DNA of 64,000 nt. Origin: Phoronis australis (taxonomy: Eukaryota > Animalia > Phoronida). The notes under the pieces are model-generated. The model was not told the DNA's origin. It did no database searches and saw only the letters and a program-made list of their open reading frames with translations. A program made the position numbers and the translations under genes. Location of the stretch: contig NMRA01000141.1 of assembly GCA_002633005.1 (NCBI GenBank), positions 1 to 64,000 on the forward strand, in the 5' to 3' direction. The first letter of the stretch is position 1. The number at the start of each line of letters is the position of its first letter. This document shows, one piece after another, positions 13,401-26,574 of the stretch.

Positions 13401-16284
13401 ATCATGTTTTAGTTATCAGGGGTGGTGCAGTGGTTGGGTTTCTAACCAGCAGCATATTAGTTAAGCTGTGGTTTAGTCTTGCACTGTGACAATGCGGGTG
13501 TTCAGCAGGTCTACAATGATTTCTTCACCAACAGGAATATTGGTTTCTCCGCTAATAGGGGTAATTAATCTTCAGTTACAAGCAAGAATTTAACAAATTT
13601 CAGTTTGTCAAAAAGGTTCATGAATGACAGATTTCAAATCCATTTAATATCAAAAGTACGAAAGTCTTGTCACATGACCCTCAAATGTCTAATCAGAGCC
13701 ATGTTGTACAAACTGTGCTATCAATGAACTGAAATTTCCGCAATTTCTATTTTGTTGAGAAATTTGGCAAAACAAAATTCTACTTGAGCTCTGTCAACTC
13801 GTGTTATGTCCAAAATCGTTGCCGTGGTAACGTGTGAGTGACTTTCATGATTTGTGGTTTTGATCTCGCAATTATTCATGTTACATTTCCGTAATTTTCT
13901 TGCTCCTGTTTCTTTGAAAAGAAGAAGGAAGGAATGATGCAAAACATTGCTCGAAAAAAATGGCTTCTGTGTTGATAACAAAGTAGATTGTTATCTCATT
14001 CCATTGGTCTTTGTAATGTGGTTTTCAATGGTTAGTCTAAACTAACTAACACAATTTAATAAAGGACAGAATACCTACATTGTGCACAGGTGAATGACAT
14101 AGAGCTGCACTGTTTGGTCAATTCAGCTCGGTAGTTTTTCTGTATTTGGTAGAAACCCAAGCTGTCTGTAGTCCCATCCACACTCGGCCTTCCCTAAAAC
14201 AACCTGCACTATTGCCATGTACCCCACTTCTAAGTGGATTGTCCACACGCACACATATACCATAACTAGGGTAAGACAAAATTCGTCACTCTGTGTGTGA
14301 CAATGAAACCTAATGCGCGCAAGAGAAACCCCGCCTGTATGTAACCGCAGAAGGCAATTACTTCCACCTTACCCCACTTTTGCGTCGTCAAAGCGATTAC
14401 AAGTGGCGTAAGTTATCCTAGAACAAATTGCCCCACCTCCATAATGTGACAGGCCTGTAATGTGGAGTAAGTTGTCACAAGTGGGGTAAGTTGCACTAGT
14501 TTAACTATCGTCCAAACAGCACTCAAACCTAGTGACAACTCGTTGCAGGAGTAACTTGTTCTTGAGTTAATCTGTGTGTGGACGGCACTCGTTGCCTTTA
14601 TTTCACTTTCATTTGCAACTGAGGCCATGGCTGTTGTAATGTACAGGCTTTCTATAAATGCGAAGTGCGCGTTTTTATTTGGAGTTGGACCACTTTGTAC
14701 TTACCATTTATTTAGCCATTGTGAAACAGTGTTTGCTGTTCTTTGCTCTGATAAGAAGTGTTTTTTGGACTCAGATTGGTCATCGGTGCTTGATACCTTA
14801 GTCAGTGTTTAAGATGCTGATATGGGAGCAGAGAACTACTCTTGACCAGATTCTTTAAGTAATGAACAAATTGAGAACAGTGAATGTTATGGCTAGTTGT
14901 CTTTACGGAAAGAAACATCAAAGGTATAATTCATAGGTGTGCAGCTTCCATGTAGCATAGGATTAACTCAAAAGCTTTGAATTTTCAACAAAAATACTAG
15001 AGGTAACCAGTGAACCAGGTCGTTTAAATTCAACCCTTGGGGTGTGGGGTACAAGCATTAAGTGAGCGTGAACGCTTAAAACAAAAAATTTTTACGGCGG
15101 AGTGCTGTCACCATTTTTTGCACATAAGTGCCCACGATTATAGAATATACGTGTTTGCATTTTCTTCAGTAAAAAGTGAGTATTTTGGGCCTGAACCTGG
15201 GGCAAGGTGCCGCTGAGATTGAGCATCTGTGTGCCGCAAAGGTTTAACGACTTTTGTACTATGTGGGAACTAAAATTCTCAAACGAGGAGCATTCTAAAA
15301 GACACTGACACTTCTAATAAAATCTTGATCATATCAATTGTGTGTTGGAGCTACCTCGGGTAAGTTAAACATGGACATTTAAAAGTGAAAGTTTCGGGGT
15401 GGGGGTGGCCGTTAAGCCTGAGGTAGGTACCAAGCTAGCGAAGCACAGTAATACTTTCCCTGCAACAATGCCTGTATAATGTCTGTTAGGGTTGTCCTCT
15501 ATCTATCTGGTGATTCATCCAGCTTTGTTCAGTATTTAACTAGAGAGATAAGAAGTTTGATTTCCCTGACTTAGTCAACATGTGAACTATAACTGAGGTC
15601 TGTGCTATGTTTGGCACCACAAAACAGTTCATCACCTTGTTTCCATATCCCTTTGGGCTTGATAATCGCCATTTAATGGTCAGAGAGTACAGTAATTTCC
15701 TCTCCAAGTTTATCTGCTTGAGTCCCATGTCTCACTTTCCCCAACACAAATTTGACCTGCAGAAACATTTATTTGAGTGTAAGACCTTTAGTGAAGATTT
15801 TATCAGTTAGGGTTACTGCTCTACAATTTCACTCATTCTAAATTTTCGCACACCCAAAATTATTTAACACTGGCCTTACTATATTTCCGGCCATTCTACT
15901 ATTTTCGTAAAATTGTAGAGTGCTTAGCGTATTAGTTGTATCAAGGAGTGACAGAGTGCTGAGACAACATTTGGGCACTCCTCTTTTGAAATCCTGGATC
16001 CGTCTAGATATCAAAACTGAAAGTGATTTGAACTAAAACGGCTATCATGAAATGACTTCTATTCTTTCTCATTTGATGTATTTTTTTAGTCACATTTCAG
16101 GTCTCTTCCACTAATACTACAGTATAAAAGATAATTGCTGGTCGACTGGCAAATGTATCAGACATACGCAGGCGGCTCATGTGGGCCCAGTGCACTGATC
16201 GCCTGCAATGTTTTATATGCTTTATTTAAACATAGTTAAAACTGAGCTGAGGAACTAAAGACCTGGTTCAAGGGTGTAGCAGTG

Positions 16285-16363
16285 TCCCCTAGTGGGACTC
16301 ACTTGAACGATCACGACCTTCAGTAAATGAAGTGAACACATATCCCACTTGGCCACATTGCCT
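16285..16363 (-). mobile_element. Possible degenerate tRNA-derived SINE head
   Basis: Minus strand has an A-box-like tggccaagtgg and a B-box-like gttcaagt. No intact cloverleaf. Confidence 0.3.
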
Positions 16364-18429
16364 CCTCTAACTACAGGTAGCTTCACATAAGTGTCAAAAG
16401 TGCTTGCAGATTTTCATGCTTGAAATTAGATTTGCCATCCATGTATGTGTAATTTTAGTATGTTTCTTATAACTTTTCCAAAATTGGATCTACGTTCGCT
16501 CACTTCAGTAGGATTTATTGATGAACGTGTGAAAAATAACAGCCTCTATCTCATGTGCATGTGTGGTGAAGTAAGGTGTCTGGCTACAAAAAGTTCTTTA
16601 ACTAAAATATTTGCTCCAACAATTGGTGCACAACTGTCAAAGGACGATGTTTAGCTCATCCATGGTGTGTAGCTGAAGCCACAGCTAACAATTCTTCCTT
16701 GGAATTGGACTCGAAGTACAACCACTAGTTGGATAGTTTCCCATTGTGGCATGGCTCAGTTATGACTAGGCATTTTGTGAATAACCTACTGAGATCAAGT
16801 TCCCACACTGAACATATTGGGGGTATATTCTGCCACTTCCGTATCTGCCTGCAAAAGTCATTAAAACACAACTTTACTTTGAGGAAACACGAACTTTGAT
16901 ATATTGAGGGTGTTTCCACTCTGTGTACTTTTGAAGACCACCTGCCTCCCTCCACTACAGCCTACAGGATGCAGAAATGTTACGTAGCTATGAATGTCTG
17001 GCCTTTCTGTGACCATACATTTTTGCACAGCATCATACCACTAGTTGGCTAAAACGCTTGCAGTTTTGCTAGTAGTAAAAACCTAGGTAATAAAATGGCT
17101 ACTGGTGAATTCAGTTAGGTAAACTGTAAATGTTTTCCCCTGTACTATAAGCAATAGCATGACATGGTGCGGCACGTCCCTATTTTCAGTTTTGGCAAGG
17201 TTCTCAGTCAGGTTTACTTTTTTTAAAATCTTTAATCTTGTATTGATAAACTTTTTGTACATTGACAGAATCCAAAATAGGTCAAAGTACCCGTTATGTT
17301 TGCCTCCTTATCTTGTTTTGTGTTGATTCAGGGAAATATTCACCTACTGAGCTTGTTCCATTTTTACACCAAAAGAATAAGAAATAAGAACAACTGTGCA
17401 ATTATTTATCTTGTTTGCTAGGAAAAGCTCAGTGCTTTTCAAACATTATTCAAGATTTGGCATCGGACATGACGTGTCTGCATTTTGAGAACCAATTTCA
17501 TGCCTGTTATTCAGTGGAGAAAACTTGGTTCTTAAAATTGGGGCAGTTATATGTGACCATTACCAGAGAATTTAAACATGGCTCAAGATTTCAAACATTA
17601 CACAGAACTTTTCAAACATGGTGCTGTGGCGTGGTTGAATATATATGTAAGGGTAATACTGATACTTAGTACATGGCCTACAGCAGTGATCTGTTTCCAC
17701 TGAGCTGTGGAATTCCGATTGTGTGTTTTGTTGTCAGTCAGGCCATGGCTTCAAACATATTTGTTCCAGCTGTGTGATACTAGCTACAGAAGATCCCTGT
17801 GATCCAGCCACCTGGGGCTGGTTTAATACTGTCTGGTATGTCCCATATTAGCTCACACTCAGTTTTTTTAGATGGGATATTGTCTAACAATTAAATTTGC
17901 ATAAGAAATCCCATTTGGGATACTTGCATAGCTAGAGATGGAGGTTAACCACTACCCACATCTCTCGACAAATGGTGTCTTTCACTGGTGTTTTCATTAC
18001 AAAAATAGAATCACAAATATCAGTTGTAATGATAATTGTGTGGTTTTCTCTCTCTTTATTTCATTCGTTTGGACTGTGTTTACTATCAGCCATGTTTATT
18101 TCGTTTGCCAAATTGAGGTCAACTTTTCACTACCAGGGGACAGTATAATGTAGACATGAAGTGTTAGAATTCTTCATTTTGTTCATATTTTTGGGGATTC
18201 ACAGCAAGGTTAGGTTTTCAAAAAACGAAAAAAATCCAGTTATTTCCANAAATAAATTATTGTCATACACAATAAGTGACTTTACAGTCAAGCTGATGAT
18301 TCGAAAATAAGCACATGTATATGATATCAACTCACACAAATTAAAACTTGTTAAATGCATTTATCATTATTTTTGACATTTGTCACTTTATTTTGATATC
18401 AACCGTTAGGGTTTATTTTTCATTACTCA

Positions 18430-20085
18430 TCTCTATTTATAGCCCCAAGCGTCTACTTTTGTATTCATACATTTCTCTATGTGACACCTGATTGGTCAGC
18501 CATATTTCCTTTGTTCAGTTCAACGTGGTCTAGCTCATTCAGCCACCTACCTCGCCATCTACAAGACCTACGTTCGTTCTCTGCATTTTTTCTACATTTT
18601 TCTTTTTCTTTTTGACCTTTGATCCCTTACTCCATTCAGTTGCAACGTTCTATCACTTTTCGTTCTTCCGATTCACTTCTCTCGTCCTACATCATTTCAA
18701 GGTAAGTCTTGGTTTTGGTTTTGGTTTTGATTTTAGCCCTCTGTTTTCACTCACGTTCTACCTCATGTCGTTCCATGTGCTCATCCTTGGCAGTTCTTAC
18801 GTTTGTTGGCTGGACAACTTCATGTCCGACCTTCCCGAGTCCCGCTACCTCCACAACTATGACTTCCGCCCTTCCCGGGTCACCATTTCATCCCTGGGCA
18901 TCTCGGGCGGTACCCTTCTCGCCAGCCCCAAGTCCATCCAACCGGCCACTCGTTCACCTCTGGACCTCGTTTTTCTCCAGATTGGCGGGAATAACCTCCA
19001 CTCCACCTCCATCGACTCCCATGCTTTGGCTTCACACCTCATTTCTTTCGCCCGTTTTTTGTTAATTGCCTACACGTCCGCCGTGTCTTAGTAGGGCTGG
19101 CGTTTCACCGATTACACGCTGGGAGGCACTTTCGTTATTGATTTCTCGCCTTCAACTCATTCCTTAAATCCCTCCTGTCTCACCAGCCCCACATTTATTT
19201 TTGGATTCACAAGGGAAATTTCTAGGCTAACCCCAACCACCTCTACCGCCCAGACGGAGTACACTTTAACCACTCAGGCCTCCATAAACATACTTTCAGC
19301 ATGCGCATAGCCATCAGTCACCACATACGCCAACTGAGCCCTCTCACCCCTCTAGTCCTAACCCCCATCCCTCACGCCCCTTCCTTTCATTCCAGGCATT
19401 TATTGTAACTGTAATTGGTTTTTGTTATAGCCTGGACTTCTACCTGACACCTCGTTCTAAATATTCACATTTCGACGGTTTACCTACAGGGGGCCTTATA
19501 ATGCCCTGTTATAATAATCTCTACTTTCAGCAGTGTTTTTTCGATGAAGTTCTTTCATGACTCATGGTATTATTGATATCTCCATATTCACCTCCTCTCC
19601 AATTTCTTCTCTTTTGGCAGTTTGCCCTCTGGGGGCTTATCCCCTGCCTACAATACATTATTTCGGTGGTTACTTGGAGGTTTTTCTTTCTTAGTTTCTG
19701 GCTTAAGTAGCCCCTTAGTTATCTCTCTCTCCCTCCAGGGGCTTGTACCCCTTGTTTCTTATCATATTTTATAATACCACGTTCACTCAATCCCATTTCG
19801 GCGGTTTGCCTGCAAGGGGCCTTACAATACCCTGTTCTAACCACTACTTTCGGCGGTGTTTCCCCCGACTAGGTTCTGACTTTCCTCTTAGGATTATTAT
19901 ATCCCCTTTATTTCCCATTTTTACTTATGTCCTGTTGCTGGTTGTCCCCGTCCCAGGGTCGCCATCCTAGTTTTCTCCCCAGTAGTCTACTCAGTATGTT
20001 TTTCTTTTCCAGCATGGCACCCAAGAAATCCACCAGATCATCAACACAAAAATCTTCAAGTCCTTTCGTGCGGCCTCCACCAGCA
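18430..20085 (+). mobile_element. Truncated pyrimidine-rich retroelement: leader, SGNH ORF, three dispersed ~60-bp repeats, gag-like start
   Basis: Repeats ttcggcggtttgcct..ggggcctta...ccctg at ~19470, ~19612 and ~19797. ORF start MAPKKSTRSSTQKSSSPFVRPPP at 20014. Boundaries are approximate. Confidence 0.5.
18765..19340 (+). pseudogene. Degenerate SGNH/GDSL esterase ORF of a retroelement (probably Ngaro/DIRS type)
   Basis: Block I ILGSSYV, block II GISGG, block III LQIGGNN and block V DGVHFN..G are present, interrupted by stops and frameshifts. The sense strand is strongly C-rich. Confidence 0.75.
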
Positions 20086-20330
20086 ACAAGGCATGTTTGG
20101 TCAGAATTTTTTTAAAAAAATTTGGACTCCCAGTTTTGAAATCGTATTTCAACATCTTTGGGTTGCTTTTTATATATTGTCTGAGGTATCACATATAAGC
20201 AGGAAGAGATAACCAGGAAGGGACAACTAGCTAAACCGCCGTTTTTGGTCTCTTTCCCCGGACTAATATCAGGAGTTAAGTTTCATTTAAAAGAAAACAG
20301 ATGATTTGATCAGAGAGAATAAAGCTTTTT

Positions 20331-21600
20331 CTATAGAAAGATGTCAAAAAACTCACTTTTCAACTTTAAACAGTGGTGTAATTGTACTTTGAAAATATCG
20401 ACTTCAGCGCACGCAATCGCAATTTCCCACACGCAGTCACGGGTATTTAAGCTTTTCCGTCGATGTATAGATGGCGCAGTAGTCAAGTACTCCCTCATTT
20501 GCATATCAAATTTGCATGTGGGAGTTCTGACTCTCGTCAGTTTAGTTGTTGTCGAGCGCTTGAGTGCATAAAGCGGTGACCTCCCGCTGAGAGCACGCGC
20601 TGATGAAGATACCACAGCTAACTCGATCGCTTCGTAATCAGGAGGTGAAAACACTCTCATGACCGCAGTTCTGAATTCCAGCTAAGCAAGCCCTATTTCG
20701 AGGAGCGGATTGAATTGTTTTCGTCCCCAGACTGTAGATTGCAGAGAAGATTAGAATGAGGTCAACATCGAACTATCTGCGGCTACCTATCGTGTTGACA
20801 AAAGTTTGAAGTGTCAGAAACGTAGACGGAGCGCGCGGGATGTCTATGGTTCCTGTTCTTCTTCAGTTGACAAAAACATTGCTATCAGCATAAAGAATGA
20901 CCGTGGGAAATTCATTTTGAGCTGGACACCTGTATCCAAGAATAAATATTAATACTCTGTAAGATCTCACCCTCCGCGTTTCGTTTCTTTGACGTTGTTT
21001 GAGGTTGCGGTATCGTGAAACAACGCCGTCGGGTGAGAGAAGTTGCACTGAATAACTGAAATTCGCTGCAGTTCTTTCCTTTAGAATGCCCGGACTCAAC
21101 TGTGCCATTTTCTTGGCAAATCTCTTGCCTGCCGAAATTTTTCTGAGCATTGAAGGCATCGGCCTTCTCCTGTGCCAATCAACCTTTTATCTACTACAGA
21201 AACGTTATGCCTAATTTTCTACCATTTTAGCACACTTTGTGACTCTGCTACAGTTAGCACTGCCATAATCGTATTTCTTAATTCCGCCACAGTATGCATA
21301 CCTGGAAGTTAGTTTTACTAAGTGTTTTTCCAAATTAAGCCACAACAGTTGTTCATCATTAAATGCCTCAGATTCCTCGACGCCATGGACATTTCCGTCA
21401 ACACAAAACGCAGTGCCACCCTTGCCATTCTTAAAAATTCGTATATATTTGCTATAATTGCTTCGAATGACTGGCAGTAACCGTGGCTGGAATGTCGGCA
21501 GCTTCGCGACTAAGTCTACAGCAAACTCCTGTTGAAATTCTTCATACTTCAAAATTCTTGTTTGCAGCAGGTGCTGATAACTGCCGTCAATGGTTTTCAT
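20331..21600 (-). pseudogene. Fragmented, unassigned coding-like region, probably transposon-derived
   Basis: Four co-oriented minus-strand ORFs (88-129 aa) tile 1.3 kb. No family motif was recognised. Confidence 0.3.
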
Positions 21601-22258
21601 AATAAGAGACTAGAAATCCGAGTTGTCACACACGCCCACTGGCCTGGTGCTGCCTTACATTTTCACTGGCCATCTTGCTACAGTCGACTTGCGCAATAGC
21701 CGAATTAGTGTCCACATTTGTGGTCACGTGCCGGGTACAGGCCCATGAGACAAGTTGCAGCAACAAATTCAGTACGAATCCATAAACCCTTTTACACACA
21801 CAATTAAATGCGCAAAACTGCTCCTGTATTTCTTAAACCTTTAATTTAATGCTCAAGCTATACAACGAGTGCGTGTTGAAACACAACATTGACCTTGGAC
21901 CAAAGATGGACTCCTTGCATCAGGACCTTAGTAAGCGGGGGGAGGGCGAGTGCCACCCCAAATAATTGCATGCCTCAGGGTTAAACCATGGCAACCGACA
22001 AAGGTGTGCGGCTGGGGAAACACAAAAAAAAAGACTTCGAATACTGATCAGAAAGAAAACTCAAGATAACTTTGACAACTCGGTATCAGTGTAAGGTTTA
22101 CCATTTAAGGGCACTGGCCAAGACAATTGTTGTTAGGGTCTCCGTTTTTGCAGCATAGGTCGTCTAAGCGCTCTTGAAAATGTGCACTTAATCATTCATG
22201 CATGTATTTCGAAAATTCGAGAAATTTTGTAAAACAAAAATTTTGCGGAGCGTATTAA

Positions 22259-22878
22259 AGGAGCATGCCACCCAAAAACCAACCTAATTTGTATCAATTT
22301 AGATCGAGTTAAAGTTCCACTCCATAACGGCATGTACGGTTGCGTTACCTGATGTGTTGAAATTATCCAATGACGTAATTGGTTTCACACGCAGTCTGTT
22401 CAGCAGTTCAAAACACGGGTTACTGGTGTCAGCTTATCGCTTGAATTCATCGTTTTACACCAATAAATCATCAAACTTCGATGTAAAGCCCTTAAAAATA
22501 CACAAAGTTCTTATAAAAACTTGTTGTTTTATTTCGCTGTTACGTATTTATTGGTATTTGGACACGGCCGTAGCCTACAACGGCACGGCAGGCCAATAAG
22601 GTCCGTAGCAGGAGTTTTGGGTCTGTTTGGAGATAAATTTGAAGTATTTTTCGGTGAGATACAGACAGGAGAACCTAATCTGTGTTGTTTAGAATTGTGA
22701 TTTTTTGAGTTCTAAACACGCAAAAGCGCTCGTTATCCTGGCCAGTGGCTCGGAGCCCCATCAGGCCCGTCGCGGCCGGCCGGATTGACTCGTTATCCCG
22801 ACCAGTGGCTCGGAAACTGATCATACATCACGAACATAAACCGCGAATTCAGGTTCCGCTTTGTCCACAGCACCGTCA
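22259..22878 (+). mobile_element. Kolobok-like DNA transposon end
   Basis: TTAA (22255-22258) followed by AGGAGCATGCCACCC. Homologous in inverted orientation to 39142-39898. Confidence 0.7.
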
Positions 22879-25563
22879 GCATGCGCGCACCCAGCCTTCA
22901 ATATGGGGGGGGCTCGAATTTCTGACGTTGTGGACCTTTTGGTAACAAAAAAGCGGGTGAACTAAAAAAAAAAACGGGGCACCACTGTAGAGTATAGGCC
23001 AAGGATTTCAAGATCATATCTTTCAAAAAAATCTTCAGGAAATGACCGTGTTAAAATGAGCTTTTCCCGAAACTGGCTCAAGACAAAACGACCTTGGAGG
23101 CAGATCACGAGTATAGGTTCAAGTTAAGCCGCACGTTTCAAATGAATCATAGCGGAGCTGACCGGCAGCGACTAGCATAAGTTCGTCGAATTGCGCATGC
23201 ATGGATCAGACTTCCCGGCGACTCGGACGCCACGACACCGGCCACCGTGGCGGGCGGGAGCAGCTAGTCTTGACTAACCTGCTTCTAAATCTGGATTTTG
23301 ACAAAGTCCACGCTTACACACATGAAAAGCGCATCCATATACAATTAAATGTATTTTCATGTGAAACCATTCAATGTTCTTTAAACATTGACTTGTGTGA
23401 GTTCTTAATTTTCTTAGATCTGTCCAATCAGGTAGAACTGCGTTTCAACTCATTCACTACTGCTGTGTAGGCACCTGAGGGTTCAAATATTGGAAGTTCG
23501 CGTCATATGACGTCGTATGACGTTATATGATGTAGGAGATGCGAGCCTCATTTGCATATAAGTGACATCTGTTGGTTCAAAAAAGAGGATCATGCCCGAG
23601 TACATGCCTGGGAAGAGGCATCTTTTGGAAGGGTAAAGCATATCATGTTCAAAGCATCCTAATGCCATTAATATGCAGTCTTTGGGGACCAAAGTGGTGT
23701 CATTTTATAGCTACAGAGTTGAGCTTTCAAACACAATGCTTGGATTCCAGATGACTTTAACATTTACTTTTGAAATCACTTTTGAAAACACGTTAAAATG
23801 CGCTAAAACAGTTGTCCCTTCCTGGTTATCTCTTCCTGATATAAGTGATACACCAAGTTATGTAGACTTCGACAAAGATCAAAGGTTAAACTCAAGGTAG
23901 ACTCGAAAGTAAAAAGTAAAAGTACACCAGCGCTTGACGCTTAAACACCAAGTCACATTTGGCGAAAATTTCAGGTCACCAAAACTGAAAATCTCAGCGT
24001 AATAATTCCGAGGTTTCCATCTGGTATATAAAAGTTTGCCAACCAAATAAGGTCGAATGGCTGTAGCACCACACACTCCTCCAATTTCACACATAAAAAT
24101 GTATGCGTACCTCAATTCTCTAACTCAAGTCCTCCACATAGAATGCAGACAACCACACAAACTGTTAGTACAAATTTTGCCGATCTTGCCCCATTTTTAC
24201 CGAACAATTTATACTTCTGTCTGTTTACTTTCCGTTCTACTTTAAGCATGGTGACAAATGCGCGATTTCACGAAATCAACGGAACATTGTGAATCAAAGG
24301 TAATAAATCTAGGCAAAGTGTTAGTAATTTAAAGTTTGAAAGTCAACCCAAACTTTGAAAACCAATTTAGAGGGAATTATTGTTACTTTGATAATCGCAG
24401 TGGTGACACGAAAATTTTTCCCAGGTTGCCAAACACACTCTGAGGTTGCATTGACAACCTGGTTGTCAAATCGAGCACTGTGCAAAATGCAAAATTAACC
24501 AGAATGGGTATAGTACTTACTGACAGTAGCTACGCAAATCGGACTCGGTGTTTTCTTATCTCTCATCTCGAGCCGCATCCCCTTTTCAACAGGAATATTC
24601 TATCTCAGTCTGCAAAAGATATTACCAATCATTAGGCACTTCTGTCAAAGTTGCACAGTTCAGTAATACTATTTGAGAAAGATAGAGACCTTTGAGTTCA
24701 ACACCAATGAAGTGCTGCGGGAAAATTGAGTCCACAGAGGCAGACTGACCTTTTTCAAAGGGGCCTGGGTCAGGGTATATTTGTGAGTAAAGGGGCTTCA
24801 ATCTCACCTTTAACATTACATACAACTTCATGCTCCTCAATTATTATCATGAATCAATTTTCAAATACCACGGCTTGTAATTCCTGCATATGACCTGCCT
24901 GTAGTTTGGTTTAGCCCGTCAACAATAGAATACGATCATAGTACAACCGTCCATCAGTCACATCTCGTCTGTGTGACATTTTTCAATCATCAGATAACAG
25001 AATATGCAGTGTTGGTCAATGACTTCATGCGAGAATTCTGATGAGTACTTAATTAAAATGTATAATGCACACACATTANNNNNNNNNNNNNNNNNNNNNN
25101 NNNNNNNNNNNNNNNNNNNNNNNNNNNNNNNNNNNNNNNNNNNNNNNNNNNNNNNNNNNNNNNNNNNNNNNNNNNNNNNNNNNNNNNNNNNNNNNNNNNN
25201 NNNNNNNNNNNNNNNNNNNNNNNNNNNNNNNNNNNNNNNNNNNNNNNNNNNNNNNNNNNNNNNNNNNNNNNNNNNNNNNNNNNNNNNNNNNNNNNNNNNN
25301 NNNNNNNNNNNNNNNNNNNNNNNNNNNNNNNNNNNNNNNNNNNNNNNNNNNNNNNNNNNNNNNNNNNNNNNNNNNNNNNNNNNNNNNNNNNNNNNNNNNN
25401 NNNNNNNNNNNNNNNNNNNNNNNNNNNNNNNNNNNNNNNNNNNNNNNNNNNNNNNNNNNNNNNNNNNNNNNNNNNNNNNNNNNNNNNNNNNNNNNNNNNN
25501 NNNNNNNNNNNNNNNNNNNNNNNNNNNNNNNNNNNNNNNNNNNNNNNNNNNNNNNNNNNNNNN

Positions 25564-26200
25564 GAGTATTTAGGACAATGGAAAGAATGACAAGATTGAG
25601 ACAGGTAGGGTATAAAAAGGTTATGTAAATTACAGTCACTTTTTAATATTACGTTTGAAAATATCAATTGAATCAGACCGTTTAATTTCTGGGCTAAGAG
25701 AATTCCATATTGTAGCAGCACCATAGATAAAAGATCTCTTGCCGGTCTCAGTTTTAATTTTTTTTAAAGAAAGATTTCCAGCAACAGAAGAGCGTGTAGA
25801 ATATACAGCTTGACTACTATTGAATTTTCGGTTGAGATATGCTGGAGCCAAGCCATTGATACATCTGCACATACAACAGGCAGAGAGATATTTATTTCTT
25901 TGTTTTACTTTCATAAATCCCAGCTTGGAATACAAATCATCGACCTTGGTGTCCCTAATTCTAGTATCCAAGACAGCCCTTGCGGCTCTATTTTGGACTA
26001 CTTGAACTTTGCTGACAAGTGTGTATGCCCCAAACCGGTAAGCAATGGTTGCCTCTCTTCAAGAAATATCTGATACTTCTATAGCTATTTGGTTGCCTCT
26101 CGTCAAGAAATATGCCTTCTTGAGTAGCTAACAGTATATTTATACTCAAACAGAATAAAGGTGGGTGAGTTAGATCAAAATATAAAACCCACAAACTTAC
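25564..26200 (-). mobile_element. L2/CR1-group LINE, RT C-terminal fragment
   Basis: VQVVQNRAARAVL...INGLAPAYL...YSTRS..GNL...TETGKRSFIYGAATIWNSL..EIK...SIDIFKRNIK* (ORF 25636-25971). Confidence 0.85.
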
Positions 26201-26314
26201 TCCAAAACAACTGTCGAAACAATGTCATAGAATTCCAACTATGAAATTACGCTTTTGCCAAATATGGTCACAGACAGACAAACCTTTAAGTAATTTCTGG
26301 TGAATAATAACAAG

Positions 26315-26395
26315 ACTATATTGTTGATAGAAATGGCTCACCCCAAAGTTGACCACTATATTGTTGATAGAAAAGGCTCACCCCAAAGTTGACCA
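26315..26395. repeat. 40-bp tandem duplication
   Basis: actatattgttgatagaaa(t/a)ggctcaccccaaagttgacc occurs twice. Confidence 0.9.
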
Positions 26396-26574
26396 ATTCC
26401 GGTGAATTTAAAGTTACAGAACTCTACTAACATAACATAAACACATGGTCAAAGACAAATATGCTGATTCATTTACTATGCACTCACAGAAGGCAATAAA
26501 TTTCAGTACACAACTAATACCTTTAATTAATTGCACAACAACCACCATATACTTAATTAATACTTCTAATACTA

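Noticed and set aside
15763-15810. Possible RhoGAP exon 2 (FEC after an acceptor)
   Set aside because: It lacks the CIG/TDDE context and ends in a stop.
25038-25078. ctgatgag hammerhead core
   Set aside because: No stem II-GAAA follows, and the sequence runs into a gap.
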